The notes below the pieces were generated by a model that had not been told where the DNA came from, searched no databases, and saw only the letters and a program-made list of their open reading frames with translations. Both the position numbers and the translations under genes were made by a program. This document shows, piece by piece, positions 32,406-43,739 of a stretch of DNA of 64,000 bases; the first letter of the stretch is position 1, and every line of letters starts with the position of its first letter. This stretch comes from Prasinococcaceae sp. CCMP 1430 (lineage: Eukaryota > Plantae > Prasinodermophyta), in contig RQSC01000026.1 in NCBI GenBank assembly GCA_013416795.1, positions 81,299 to 145,298 of the forward strand. Reading direction: 5' to 3'.

Positions 32406-34478
32406 TTACTCATTTGAAGACTCCTTCATTATCATGCCCTCGAGTTTGGCGCAGTCCCGCGTGAATGCGCTGACAGTGTCGGAACACCCGCCGAATTCAC
32501 AACGCGCGCTCTCGAGCGAATCATGCAGCACCTTCATCAGTCCTGTGCATTGCGCAGCTGCGTCTGCTCCCACGCTTGTGACAAGGTCGAGCACGTCACT
32601 GGTACGCCCGAGCTCCAAGGCCACGAAGCCGCGATCGTGATACCACTCACGCAGCGCAATGAATTCGTCGTAGACGTCCAATGCAAAGGCCTCGGGGCCA
32701 CCAAGATCGTAGCCATAGCCCGCATCTCGCAATAGGGCCACAAGCCGCGCCCTGTATGCGGCGCGTGTAGCGACGCCGGTCTCGTGCGTGCGAAGGTCGT
32801 TGCAATCAGAGTCGCTGTAATTGATATCCTCCACCTCGGCGTGCGCGGCCACTGACAGCCAATCCTCGAGCACCATCGATCTCAGCGACACCGACACCCA
32901 GTGCCTTGCCCCGAGCGTCCTGTGCGCGGGATGTAATAGCGCGCGGACGCGCGCCTGCAGCGCATCTCGCCGCTCGCCGCGTGGGGCGTCCTCAAGTTCA
33001 GCGGAGAGGGCGTAAACGGCGTCTTCGAGGGCTCGTTCGCGCAGTAAGATCGGCTCGCCCTGGACAAGCATGTCCGCCAACACGGCCATTGGCACCTCCG
33101 CATCGCACGACTCGCAGCGCCACGCTGCTCCCACCTCGGCACCGCCGCCACCCGGGGGTGGCGTGATCATTCTGTCGTCGGTGAGAGCATGTGCGCGCCA
33201 TCGGTCGGCCACCTCGTCCCAGCACTCGTCCGTGCGGAGCAGGCCATTCGCAGCATCGCGGGCAGGCCCGCACATGGGGCAGGGAAGCGCTCGCATGGCG
33301 TCGCGTTCGGTGGTACACGCGGGGCACGTGCACCAAAAGAGTTTGCTCTCGGCCAGCGCAGTGCGGCGCAGGCGCGCGCTGGCGATACCGGCCGGGCCGA
33401 GGTAATCACTCGTGAGCAGCTCACCAGCGGCAATATCACGCAGCGCTCGATGCTGGCCGACGACTCCCGTCGCTTCCCCCTCGCAGGGAACCTCGGCAGC
33501 GCTATCACACTCCTTTTCCCTGTCGTCGGCATTGCCGCCACCGCCCCGTCGTGAGCGCATCTCCGCAATCGAAGGTGTCGATGCACCATCTCGCGTGCAG
33601 CAGTGGTAGACAGTGTTTGGTGTAACGCACGCGTGTGTGAGTCGCGCGCCGTTTGCAAACATTGCACAGACGTACTTTCCGCCAGCAGCCGACGACACAT
33701 CGTGCGTGTTGAGCTCGATGCAGCCGAGCAGGGTGACGAGCTCGTTGGTGCTCGTCCCGCGGGCGGCAAGGTCGTAGCGTGCAGCAAACCATTCGGCAAC
33801 GCGGCGAGCGCTGTGCGTCGCCCCTTCCCATGCGGCCGCCACCGCGGCATCCCCCCTTGTCTCGTCGCTCGCGTCGCTAACTCGGCTCGCGCCCTCGCTA
33901 AGCTCTTGCCCACCGCCGTCAATGCCGGCAACCGGCGCGTCGACACCCGCCAGAGCGCCGTACGTGCAGAAGTGATTTAGCACAGCGTCACGCACGCTTA
34001 TGGGTGCGTGTACGAGCGCGTGCGCCTGCAGCATCTGTTCGGAGGGCACCCCGAGCTCGCGATATGCGCTGCGCAGCGCCCTGCGCTCAGCCTTTGGCAG
34101 CAGCGCCGCCGCGGGCACGGCAAACGTCGGGCTTTCGTGGATGAGGACGGCCCCCCGCGGTACGTCGCACGCGGCGACAGCCACGCGCCCGAGGCCAGGC
34201 ACGCTCGTGTGGCGCAACGTCGCAGAGTCTTGCACAAGGGCCCGGTTGGGGAGGCGTGCGCGGCCATCGGCGTTGCGCACCTCCACCATGAACTCGCCAG
34301 CGCGTGCGCTTGATGGCAGCCGCGGCACAGCTCCTTTCGATGCAGCGGGGCCAACGCAGCCCCTGTGCCTGCCTAAGCCGCCACTAGTGGCCAGCGCAGG
34401 CACTGCAAACGCACCCAACCTCCTCCCACTCTCCGCTGCGCCACTGATGGCCAGCGCAGACACCGCTATCGTAGCCAC
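32406..34478 (-). CDS. SET-domain (SMYD-like) lysine methyltransferase; start uncertain
   Basis: GLGRVAVAACDVPRGAVLIHESP; RLTHACVTPN; ALRDIAAGELLTSDY; post-SET FWCTCPAC. Confidence 0.8.
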   Translation of the reverse strand: MATIAVSALAISGAAESGRRLGAFAVPALATSGGLGRHRGCVGPAASKGAVPRLPSSARAGEFMVEVRNADGRARLPNRALVQDSATLRHTSVPGLGRVAVAACDVPRGAVLIHESPTFAVPAAALLPKAERRALRSAYRELGVPSEQMLQAHALVHAPISVRDAVLNHFCTYGALAGVDAPVAGIDGGGQELSEGASRVSDASDETRGDAAVAAAWEGATHSARRVAEWFAARYDLAARGTSTNELVTLLGCIELNTHDVSSAAGGKYVCAMFANGARLTHACVTPNTVYHCCTRDGASTPSIAEMRSRRGGGGNADDREKECDSAAEVPCEGEATGVVGQHRALRDIAAGELLTSDYLGPAGIASARLRRTALAESKLFWCTCPACTTERDAMRALPCPMCGPARDAANGLLRTDECWDEVADRWRAHALTDDRMITPPPGGGGAEVGAAWRCESCDAEVPMAVLADMLVQGEPILLRERALEDAVYALSAELEDAPRGERRDALQARVRALLHPAHRTLGARHWVSVSLRSMVLEDWLSVAAHAEVEDINYSDSDCNDLRTHETGVATRAAYRARLVALLRDAGYGYDLGGPEAFALDVYDEFIALREWYHDRGFVALELGRTSDVLDLVTSVGADAAAQCTGLMKVLHDSLESARCEFGGCSDTVSAFTRDCAKLEGMIMKESSNE

Positions 34479-34694
34479 TCACCTCGCACTTTCCCCTCCG
34501 CGCGCGTGCAGTCGCCGCACCCCGCGCCCCTCGAGTGCGCGCATCCTGCGTGCAGAGTGGCGAGAACACATTCGATTTACAGCTTGCGCTCACGCCCGGG
34601 CTGCTGACCACACTGCGCGGTGCGCGCGGTGCGGCGCTGGTGCGGGGTGGGTGGGGGGAGTGGGGGTGAGCAGAGGCAGCGCAGGCCGACAAGG

Positions 34695-36608
34695 ATGGCG
34701 GAGCACGCGCCACCGCGCGGCTTCCGCGCGGCGGCGCAGGCGGCGCAGGCGGCGCGCGCAGCAGCGCGCATGCGCGACCAAGCGGCACAGGCCTCGGCGG
34801 GGAGCGCACCATGGATAGTGCTGGCGGCCGCTGCGGCGCTCCTGCTTGCTGCAGGCGCGCTCGTGTATGCTGTTGTGCTGCGTCGAGCCGCACGCACGTG
34901 TGAGGGTGGCGCGGTGCGAGAAACCGAGGACGTCACGCCCGCTGAGAAGGGCGCGGTCAGCACAGCCGCGGACAGCCCACGCGCGCCGCTCCGGTCCGGT
35001 GTCTTCTCCACAAAGGCACGCTCGCGCGAGCTGTTGCCAGGGTCGTCGCTCGCGGCTGCGCGTGAGCTTGGCGCTGCGTGCGGAGCCACAGCGGCTGTGG
35101 CGGTGTCGGAGGCGACCGCAGGCGCGTCCACGCGAGCCGTGTGCGTTGGCGCAGCCGCAGACGCTGCATCACGTGCCGCTGTGGCCGAGGGTGCCGGAGC
35201 CGCCGCCGGAAGCTTCGCGGCGGGGCTGGTGGAGGAGCTCCTGAAGCAAACGAGCGCGCGCAAGGAAGCCGATGCGAGCACTCGCACTGAAACCTCTGCT
35301 GCCGCTGCTGCCGCCGTCGCGCGCGTGGGTGAGCTGGTGGACGGTGACACCGCGGCGAGCCCGGTGCGGCCCAAGAGCGTCAGCGAGCTCGTCTTGTCTC
35401 CCCAGGCTGCTCGGGTGGTGCCCCCTGCAGTGCACGCGGAGCTACGGCGTAGAACCGCAATATCTTTCAATGCGAGCGTCGGTGTGGGTGCACGTGTTGA
35501 CCTCGGTGCGGTTACGCAGCTTGATGGCAGTGTGGCCGCCGCCGCCGCGGACGGCGACGCGAGTACAGGTGCGGGCGTGGGTTCTCGCACAGCGGACGTG
35601 GCACTCTCGACCCCCGACCGGCAGCGTGCGGTGTCGGTAGACACCGGTGGCACCGCCACGCCGCAGCAGCAATTGGATGCCTGGACGAAGGTGATGGGGG
35701 TAGCGCTCGCTGCCGAGCAGAACGCGTTGCACCGCCAGGCGCTCTCGCTGCGCGCGTCGGAGATGCAGCGGCGCCAGCACACCGACGGGGAGCGCAACCT
35801 TCTCATGAGCGACCAAAACCTGCTGGCGGCCGAATCGCTTCAGAGCAAGGCACGGCGCGAGGCGGATCGCGCCCATCGTCGGCGCGTGGCGGAGCTGCGC
35901 GCGCAATGTGCCGACGCGCTCGGCGCGGGCGCTGCGATCATGCTCGCTGTCGCTGCCGCAGGTGCCTGGCTGTACGGCGCTGACTCGGTGAGGGCTGTGG
36001 TGGTCGAGTGCGCGGGCGGTCTCGCGCTGTACGCCGACAATATCGATGGTAGCGGGCTGGGGCACAAGAAAAGCTGGTTTGCATGGCTTGCACGGCACAT
36101 TTTGCGCACAATTGCTGCATCCGATGCCTTCTCGCTCTTTGCTTGCGGAGCGATGACAGCGTGGCGCGCCGTATGGGGCTTCGCACTCGCGGGCGCCGTC
36201 GCGTTCGCCGCACTGCGCGGTGGCACCAGCGGGCGCGGCATGGCCGAGTCACTGCGAGACACACACACCGCACCACTCTCTGCCATCGCGATCGCGCTCG
36301 GCGGAATCGCGGGCGTCGCGGGATACTACGCGCTCGATAGCGTGGGCGGCGACGCCACAGTGTGGCTCATCGGGTGGGAGATTATGTGCTGCGCGCATGT
36401 CTTCGTTGCCTACGCTCCGGGCACACTAGTTCGAGCGATGGAAACAAGCAGAAGCAGCGATCATGGGGGCCCGGTCATGCAGGCGGCTTTCGTCGCGCTG
36501 CTTGCTGTGGCGGCACCAGCTACGGTGGGAGCGTTGCCGTGGGCGCGCGCCGCGCTGATTCAGGCAGGCGGCGCCGGCGGCATCTTTGATGCGCTGGGCT
36601 TGGGTTGA
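34695..36608 (+). CDS. CPR5: CPR5-like nuclear-envelope membrane protein
   Basis: C-terminal multi-TM region follows the plant CPR5 pattern as I recall it: ELRAQCADAL.AG.AIM ... LGGIAGVAG..ALDSVGGD..VWLIGWEIMC..H, preceded by a coiled coil. Confidence 0.65.
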   Translation: MAEHAPPRGFRAAAQAAQAARAAARMRDQAAQASAGSAPWIVLAAAAALLLAAGALVYAVVLRRAARTCEGGAVRETEDVTPAEKGAVSTAADSPRAPLRSGVFSTKARSRELLPGSSLAAARELGAACGATAAVAVSEATAGASTRAVCVGAAADAASRAAVAEGAGAAAGSFAAGLVEELLKQTSARKEADASTRTETSAAAAAAVARVGELVDGDTAASPVRPKSVSELVLSPQAARVVPPAVHAELRRRTAISFNASVGVGARVDLGAVTQLDGSVAAAAADGDASTGAGVGSRTADVALSTPDRQRAVSVDTGGTATPQQQLDAWTKVMGVALAAEQNALHRQALSLRASEMQRRQHTDGERNLLMSDQNLLAAESLQSKARREADRAHRRRVAELRAQCADALGAGAAIMLAVAAAGAWLYGADSVRAVVVECAGGLALYADNIDGSGLGHKKSWFAWLARHILRTIAASDAFSLFACGAMTAWRAVWGFALAGAVAFAALRGGTSGRGMAESLRDTHTAPLSAIAIALGGIAGVAGYYALDSVGGDATVWLIGWEIMCCAHVFVAYAPGTLVRAMETSRSSDHGGPVMQAAFVALLAVAAPATVGALPWARAALIQAGGAGGIFDALGLG

Positions 36609-36774
36609 GCTCTGACGAGCTGCCGCACATGCGCCAGGCACAGCCGTCCCATGCCCGCGGCTACTGTATATTAGAATGTTTCTTTTGATCGCGGCAACGC
36701 TGGTCGCTGGCGCGAGCGCGTCGTACTCTGCAACGCCATGTCACCGTCGGCGGATTCCGCGTCATGGGAGTGCC

Positions 36775-37833
36775 TCACGCGATCTCAAGCGCTTTGACCA
36801 CCACCAGCCTCCACACCCACAGAGCCACCACTGCAATGAGTGCTATTCTCAGAAGCAGTACGAGTAACGCCTGCGGCCGCCGAGCGTCTTCTCGTTTACG
36901 TGGTTTTGCAAGCACGGCTGCCGCCGCATTCATGCTTGCACCGTGCGAGATGCGCGCAGCTGGTCCAGCGACGACGGGCCGTGGCTCGCCCGCGCGTATC
37001 AATGCGTACTGTCCCAGTGCCGCCTGGACGTCGTCGCACTGGAGCCGGTAAGGACGTTCAGGTCTCCACAGTAGGTTCATTAAGCGTAGGTCTGCTGCCG
37101 CCTCCAGACCTTCGTCGAGGGCGTTTCTTTCGCGGGCAATAGAGAGGGCACCACCGCACACGAGGGCGACGCGCGGCCCAGCGTGCACGCACCCATTGAG
37201 CTGCTCGCCCATCGCCATCGCCACGTTCGAGTCGGCGCCCTCACAACCGACGAGCAGGTCGTAGGTCAGAGTGCGCACTTTCGCGCGGAAGCCGAGGGCG
37301 CGCGTGCTCGCGCTGCTGTGGATCCCTGAGCCGCGCCGCAGGAAGTCGCGCGACCTGTCCTCGGGCGTGGAGAAGCTCTCGCGCGAGAGGACGGCACGAT
37401 GCGAGAGGAGATCGACGGATACAAGCATGCGCCCTGGGAGGACGCGCGCGCCAGATGCGCGCGCTGTTCGCAGTAGGGCAGCCTCGAGGGCAAGGCAGTC
37501 GCCCGCACCAGCCACATCAGACGCTAGCTTTCCGTCCAAGCCCAAGCAGCATCGCACTGCGGCTGCGCGACCACGCGCCGACACTGCCGTCCGGCTCGCA
37601 GCCATGCCACTGCGATAAACGGCAACGCTCCATCCAGCTGCTCCGAGCACCGCTGCCGCGGCGGCACCGGCCACCCCACCGATCGTCCCTGCAGCGATAA
37701 CGACTGCGTGACGACCGCCCCCCCCGCCAGCCGCGCCTGCGGTGTCGGCCGCGGCGATGTGGCGCGCGGTGGAACGACGGCGCGCACGGTGCACAATTAC
37801 GTCCGGGGTAGGCGGCTCCTCGAACTCTGCCAT
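36775..37833 (-). CDS. Divergent FAD-dependent monooxygenase-like protein with C-terminal TM
   Basis: Rossmann-like AVVI..GGVAG..AA.VL..GWSVAVY; YDLLVGCEGADS motif. Confidence 0.55.
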   Translation of the reverse strand: MAEFEEPPTPDVIVHRARRRSTARHIAAADTAGAAGGGGGRHAVVIAAGTIGGVAGAAAAAVLGAAGWSVAVYRSGMAASRTAVSARGRAAAVRCCLGLDGKLASDVAGAGDCLALEAALLRTARASGARVLPGRMLVSVDLLSHRAVLSRESFSTPEDRSRDFLRRGSGIHSSASTRALGFRAKVRTLTYDLLVGCEGADSNVAMAMGEQLNGCVHAGPRVALVCGGALSIARERNALDEGLEAAADLRLMNLLWRPERPYRLQCDDVQAALGQYALIRAGEPRPVVAGPAARISHGASMNAAAAVLAKPRKREDARRPQALLVLLLRIALIAVVALWVWRLVVVKALEIA

Positions 37834-37955
37834 CGAGCACGGCGTACGTGCCGTGCGACGAGCGCCACACTGGAGCAAGCGGGGGCGCCGCAGCGCGGCG
37901 CTGGCGCGCCGCGCCGCGCCGCGCCGTTGCTGCGGTGTGTGGCGAAATCTCTAAA

Positions 37956-40259
37956 TTACATGCCCCTCGCCTGCTTGCTCGCTGCTGCGTTCTTCCGCGA
38001 CCTCTGGCGTGCGGCAGCTGCGCCACCATTGCCGCCTCGATTGTTGCCACCGCGGCTCCCGCGTCCTCCGCCGCTGCTGCTGTTGCTGCCGCCACGACCG
38101 CTGCCGCGGCCCCCAGCTCGGCTGCCGCGGCCACCACGGCCACCACCACTCCCGCGCCCGGCCGCCACCTCCTGCCCCGCGAACAGCGCCTTGTTGCCGC
38201 CAGCACCGAGACCGTGTATTTCGCTGCGCGCTTTTGCGGCCTCGGCCGCCACCTGCGCGGCGGCACCCTCACCAGATGCCGCCTTGATCTCCTTGGCGCC
38301 CTCCCTTGGCGCGTTGTAGAGCTTGCCATCGAGCACCCAGTAGGAGCGCAGCTTGGACGATGTGCCCGGCACGAATGGCGCCGCAGCTGCCTCCAATGAC
38401 TGGCCACTGGCGCGGCTGCTGCTGCTGCCGTTGCCACCGGCCCGCCCGCCAATCTCATCGGCCGTGGCGCCCCCGAGGTTACCGCCTCCCAATCCGCGAT
38501 TGTCATTCAGGGCCTCCATCGTGTCGTCAGGCTCGTCTTCATATTCGGGCGCCCCTTGCGACTCGGAACCGCGACCAAGGGCGTGCACCCTTGAGAGCGC
38601 CCATGAGCCGCGCATGCGCGTGTCGTACGCCGATTCGGCGTCGTCCTCGCCGTCTGATACCTCTTCCATCTGCAGGTCGGTCGCACGAGCCTTCACCCAC
38701 GCGCGCGCTTCCGAGCTGCCAAGCCCCCTGTCGAGCGCCTCCGAGGCATGACGCGCCATGCCACCGCGCGACTTTTCGTTGCGCCGCAAAATCTTCAGCT
38801 TGAACGCACCACCACCTGGCTGCCGCTTCCCCTGTTCACGCTTCTGAGATTGCTGGCCGAGAGGGCCGCGCGAATGTTGCTTTGGCAAGTGCTGTCGCTG
38901 CTCATGCTGCTGCTGCTGCTCCCGCTTGAGTTGCTGCTGCTGCTGCTCTGTCGGTAGCGGTGGCAGCGGCCCAGCTGGCACGAGGCCTGGCGCGAGCGCA
39001 TCGAGGTAATCGCGTTGGACCGAGTCGATGGCAACGCGGCCGTGGCGCAGCGAGCGGGCAACAACCGAGCCCAAAGGGCTGCTGTGCGCCAGCAGGGCCG
39101 TGAGAGGCACCTCAGGAGCGGGCCTGCCCGCACCAGCGGGCAATTTGTCGCATGCGCCCGCCGCGCCCGCGACCGCTGAGACGAGTGTCTCGCCTGCGAG
39201 GAGCGCACCGCCGTCACCCGCTGCCGCAGCCTCGACCGCCGCGCCGAGGAGGGCACCAGCCAGCTCGACAAGTCTTGGCGCGAGCGCACGAGCACGCGCA
39301 GCCACCTGTGCCCCGCATGCACGTGCAGTCACGGGCAACATTGCATCGTGTGCCGCGGCGAGGGCGCTCGCCACACGCGCACCACCACCATCGCGCGCGA
39401 ATGCAGCGAGCGCCAGAGGGCAGAGCCCGCCGGTAGCGCCCATTGACTCGGCCACATCCGTGACATAGTCAAGCAGCTCGTGCGCTTCGGGAACGGACAT
39501 GCCCGCCATATTGGCGCACGCCTGGCCGCAGAGCGCTTCGATGCTCTCCGCAGCGGCCACGCCTGCTTGTGCGATGCCGGTAGCGAGCGAGGGCTTCGCT
39601 GACACGAACGCGTTGGCCATCTGCGCGACCATTGCACCATTGCTGCGGCCGTACAAGGCGCACACGTCGAGCAACTTTGCAGCGTCAATCACGCGGTCGT
39701 CCGCGAGCAACGCTGCGCGCTCCTCAGGTGGCAATTCAAAGCCGTCAGGCTCATTTGCGGCCCCAGACAAGCGAAGCAGTGCCATGAGCACACGGCGCGC
39801 GAGCAGTCGGCCACCGCCGCCACAGTCAGCGTTGTCGCCGATGGCCCACACTTCGCGCGCACCGCGATCGACAGGGCGTGCGCGGTATCGCACGTATGTA
39901 TCGAGAGCCTCGTGAAGCTCGGCCGCACCACTCGAGCTGCCAGCGACGGTCGATCCGCCCATTGGTGCATCGCACGAGAACGCCGCATGCATCGGCGAGA
40001 AATGAAGCGCAACACTCAGCTCGTGTCAGCATGCCGCGTCTGATTGCACTTGGGGGCAGTGGGGGATGAGGGAGGGGGGGGGGTGAAGGGGCACACGTGC
40101 GCCTTACTTTATGCTCACCGCATCGCAGAAGTCCTTTCCGCCGAGCGACAGCAGGCCTGCCAGCGCTGCGGACGTTGCCGCTGTCGCGGCCGCCGCCTCC
40201 GGCGACGCGCCGTCGTTGTCGAACGGCAGGAACGGCACAGCCGCGGCGTTGGCTCTCAT
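37956..40259 (-). CDS. ASCC2: ASC-1 complex subunit 2 (ASCC2)-like; exon 1 40259-40119, acceptor uncertain
   Basis: LDTYVRYRAR; RRVLMALLRLS; KLLDVCALYGRSN; EYEDEPDDT; RGG-rich tail ending KQARGM. Confidence 0.75.
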
Positions 40260-40538
40260 CGCCCTGCGTGCGGCCGCAGCGGCAGCGAGGAAATGGAGGG
40301 CGGGGGGGGGGGGGCACCCGTGCCCCAGCCCGCCCGTGGGATTTCAGTCCCGCCCCGCGTGGGCGCCCTTCCCCACTGCCCCGCCCCGCCCCGCTCCCGA
40401 CACCCTCCCACAGTGCACTCTGTGGCAGCGGCGGCTGGCCAGACACAGGCACTGATCTGATCCGATTGATTTTTGACCTTCTTGGCCAAGATCCCTAAAA
40501 CAAAGCTGGTACCCGAACATCGGTCGGTCATTACACTG

Positions 40539-40776
40539 TACACTGTACAGTACTCGTACAATGTACAGTACTGATACTAGTCCTAGTCCAGTACTAGTAC
40601 CGTACGTAGTCTCGCCGATGGTGGTTTACGCTACCCTGTCGACGTAGCCCTCGCCGTGCTCTTCGTCGAGCGACCTGCCGAGCCGCTCCGCGCGCAGCGC
40701 GGCTTCGCTTTCGGGCTCGACGTACACCGCCTTGTATGTAGTCTACTGTACCATCGTGATGGTACTGTGCAGTGTA
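40539..40776. mobile_element. Putative degenerate Tc1/mariner-type MITE (TA-CACTG...CAGTG-TA)
   Basis: Imperfect ~33-bp inverted termini (26/33 by eye) bounded by TA. Confidence 0.4.
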
Positions 40777-40786
40777 GCCTGCGTCC

Positions 40787-42517
40787 CTACTCTCGTTTTA
40801 CGTTCCCTCGATCGAGGCGTATGTATTGTGCGCCCTCCCCGTTCAGCCGGACCCAGCCGTCGTCCTCGCGACAGGCCACCGTGTAGTAATACACGAAGCA
40901 CCAATTGAGTTCCTTGTCGAAACGTGTGACCTTTGCCGGCCACCACTCGTTGTCCATCGGCCAGTACACCTCGACCATGCTGCCAACGGCAATGTCGCAT
41001 GCACCGTTTTGTGGTGCGTCGTTTGTCTGCGTGTGGCGACGCGAGCAGGCGCCGTCAGCTCGCGCACTTGCTATCGCTCGCGCGCACAGGAGTGGACGCC
41101 ATGTATCCGCGCTAGCGCACCTCGCGGCGGTCAATTGCCTCCTCCTTTCCTTCGTCCCGTTGCTCCATTTTCGCGTCGACCTCGGCTGGTCTTGATTGCT
41201 CGGGTATCCCTCCATGTTCGCCCTGCCTTTGTCGCTCCAAGCTCTGCGCCTGCTTCTTTGGAGATTGCAAGTGTTGCGCCAGCGACCCGGGGGCGCCCGG
41301 AGCCGCGCCAGGCTGAACGATGGCGTCGCAATTGTCAGCGACCGGTGCATCCTTGGGGGCATCGATACCTGCGGCTTTGGCGCGCACTTTCGCGTCTTCG
41401 ACGAGAGTCGCGTAGCAGATATTGGCGCTGGCATCCTGTGGATATGCACGACTGTAGCACTCAAGGAACTGGATGGGCGATCATTGAGTGGGGCGCACGC
41501 GTGCAAATCGTGCGAGGACGCACGGGTTCGCAGACGGTCGAGCGAACGGGAACATGAATTGTCAGCGCGCACTCAACCCACGAGTGCAAGGCAGTCTACA
41601 CACGCGGCACACTACGCTCGAGTGCATCAAGCAAGCTCACGCACATTCTTGAAGTACTGACGCAAGCGCTGCGACAGTTGCGCCACCGGGCGCCCGTGCA
41701 CGCCGTTGGTCATAGCGCGGAAGACGTCGTCCCACCTCTTTCCCCTCAATCCGCCGTATTCTTCCTGGCTGTTGCCGAGCACGCACACCGCCCGGTACAT
41801 GCCGAACAAATCGAGCGGCGCCACATCTGCCAGTGAGCACTTGTTGTACCGCTTGGTGAGGTCCATATGGACCCCACGCGCCTCCCATACCCGCTCCAAG
41901 TCGCGCATGAAGTCCTCGGGCGACAAGACCGTCAGAGCCGGACGCGATTTCTGACTTGGCACTCTGGCAGTCGTCGTGGCAGCGACAGTGTTGGCCACGG
42001 TCGCTATAGACGCACTGCGTGCCTCCAGAGCTTTGCCCGGTGGCGTCACGGCGCCCACATCCGTACGCCCTGCAGAAGCAGCAGCACGAGCCTCAATGGC
42101 CTTGCGCTCCTTGTCGGACAGGCCATCTTCGAGCGGGTTGTATATCTTGATTTGCTTCGTCGCCCTCCCGCTTTGCCCCACGCCCGCCTCGCGTAGAAAG
42201 GCAGCAAGCTCCTCCTTCTCCTTGCCCATCCGCCTTTTCTTCTCCGCAGCTCGGATCTATGTGCAGCACGTGGAAGCAAGCGAGCCAGCAACGCGGGCAA
42301 GGCAGTGAGGAGTGCACGCCAGCGTAAGCAACGCGTGTGTGCGATAGGCGCGCGCCAGGCACGCACGCGGCTGTGCAGGGGAAGGATGTAAACGCTCATG
42401 TAGCAAAATCCTCACAGCACGTTCGCCGCGCGCCCGCACCTTCTCCACCGCCCTCTCCTGTTCGCGCCTCCCCTCCGCTGACAGCTCGATGTCCAAGTCG
42501 TCGTCATTCTGTCCCAT
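40787..42517 (-). CDS. ARID plus Tudor-like chromatin protein; exons 42517-42440, 42256-41645, 41468-41121, 41026-40787; may start further upstream (~42844)
   Basis: ARID: LDLFGMYRAVC..G..WDDV..LRQYFKN|FLECY. Tudor: VGSMVEVYWPMDNEWWPAKV. Introns in phase. Confidence 0.75.
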
Positions 42518-43739
42518 CGAGCGCGGTCGGCAGCACCGCGGACGTTCTGGTCAATGCGGAGGCGCAAAAGCAAGCAAGCAAGCGCAGGCATGCTGAGGGG
42601 CTCCACACCTTTCCGCGAGGACTCGGGACGCGCATCTCACCTGTGGCTGCTCCGCGAGGTTGACGCAAACGTTGCCGTGCCTTGGCGCCCTGATATTGCC
42701 CGTGTGGCCACATGCGCCGGAGCCGCGCGTGTGGCGAGGGCGCGGAAGTGGTGCGAGCTTTGTACCAGGGCGGTCGAGCCCCAGGAGCGCAACGAGCTCG
42801 GCGATGCGCTGCGAATCCTGCGGGGCGGGAGGCTCCTCTCCCATCGCGGCGTCCCTGCCCGCGTGCGCGCCGCGCCCCGCGTCGCGCGCCCTGTGGCGAC
42901 CCGCTCCCGCAGATGCCACGCGTGTGCGCCCCCGCGCGCAAGCAGCGGAGAGCAGCTGCCTGTTCGCCGCCAAACCAAAACTCTCTCCCCCTCCCTTTTT
43001 CTGGGTTCTGAGTTTCGTTTCACCAGCGCGCGACGCGATCTCGATCCGCGTGCGATATATCAGTCAGTCGCCACAGCGACGCGCGCGTGCGCACACCCGC
43101 ACGCTCGCGCGAGGGACGGCGGGGGGGGGGGGGGGGGGGTGTGGCGCCGCCGGCGCCCACAGCGGCCCCGCACGACCGCGCGCGCGCGCGCGAACGCCGC
43201 AGTTCGCCGCAATTGCATCGCGCGCGCTTGCAACCTCTCGCTCAATTAAAAACGCGGCCGACCAGGACGAAATGCGCACGCCCGCGGCCCTTGCGAAACC
43301 GGGCAGATCCCCCCCGCGCGCAAAAAAAAAAGGCAAAAAAAAAAACGCCGCATCGCTCTCGCCCGCCATCACACGCCAACGGAGCCTGGATGCAGGGTTT
43401 ACACCAGAAACCTCAAATATGCCCGTGGAAAACATCCCATCAAAATGCCTTTTGCCGGCGCATGCCGCACACGTGCAAAAGTCTCCCGTGGCGAAAGGAG
43501 ACCCGCGCGCGCGTCTGGTGTGTGTCGCGCCTGCGCGTTTCGAATTCCGCCGTCATCCGAATTCGAAAAGCGGTGCGGCAGCCGGACGTCGGCGGCGGAG
43601 AGCGGTGGCAGACGCGCCGCGCGGGCGGAGGGGGAGGAGGGGGTGAGGGGAGGGAGGGGGGGGGAGGGGAGGAGGGGGCAGAGTCCACCTGTCACGGGCT
43701 CATCCCCGTCGCGCGGCGTTGTGCGTGCGCGGTGTGATC

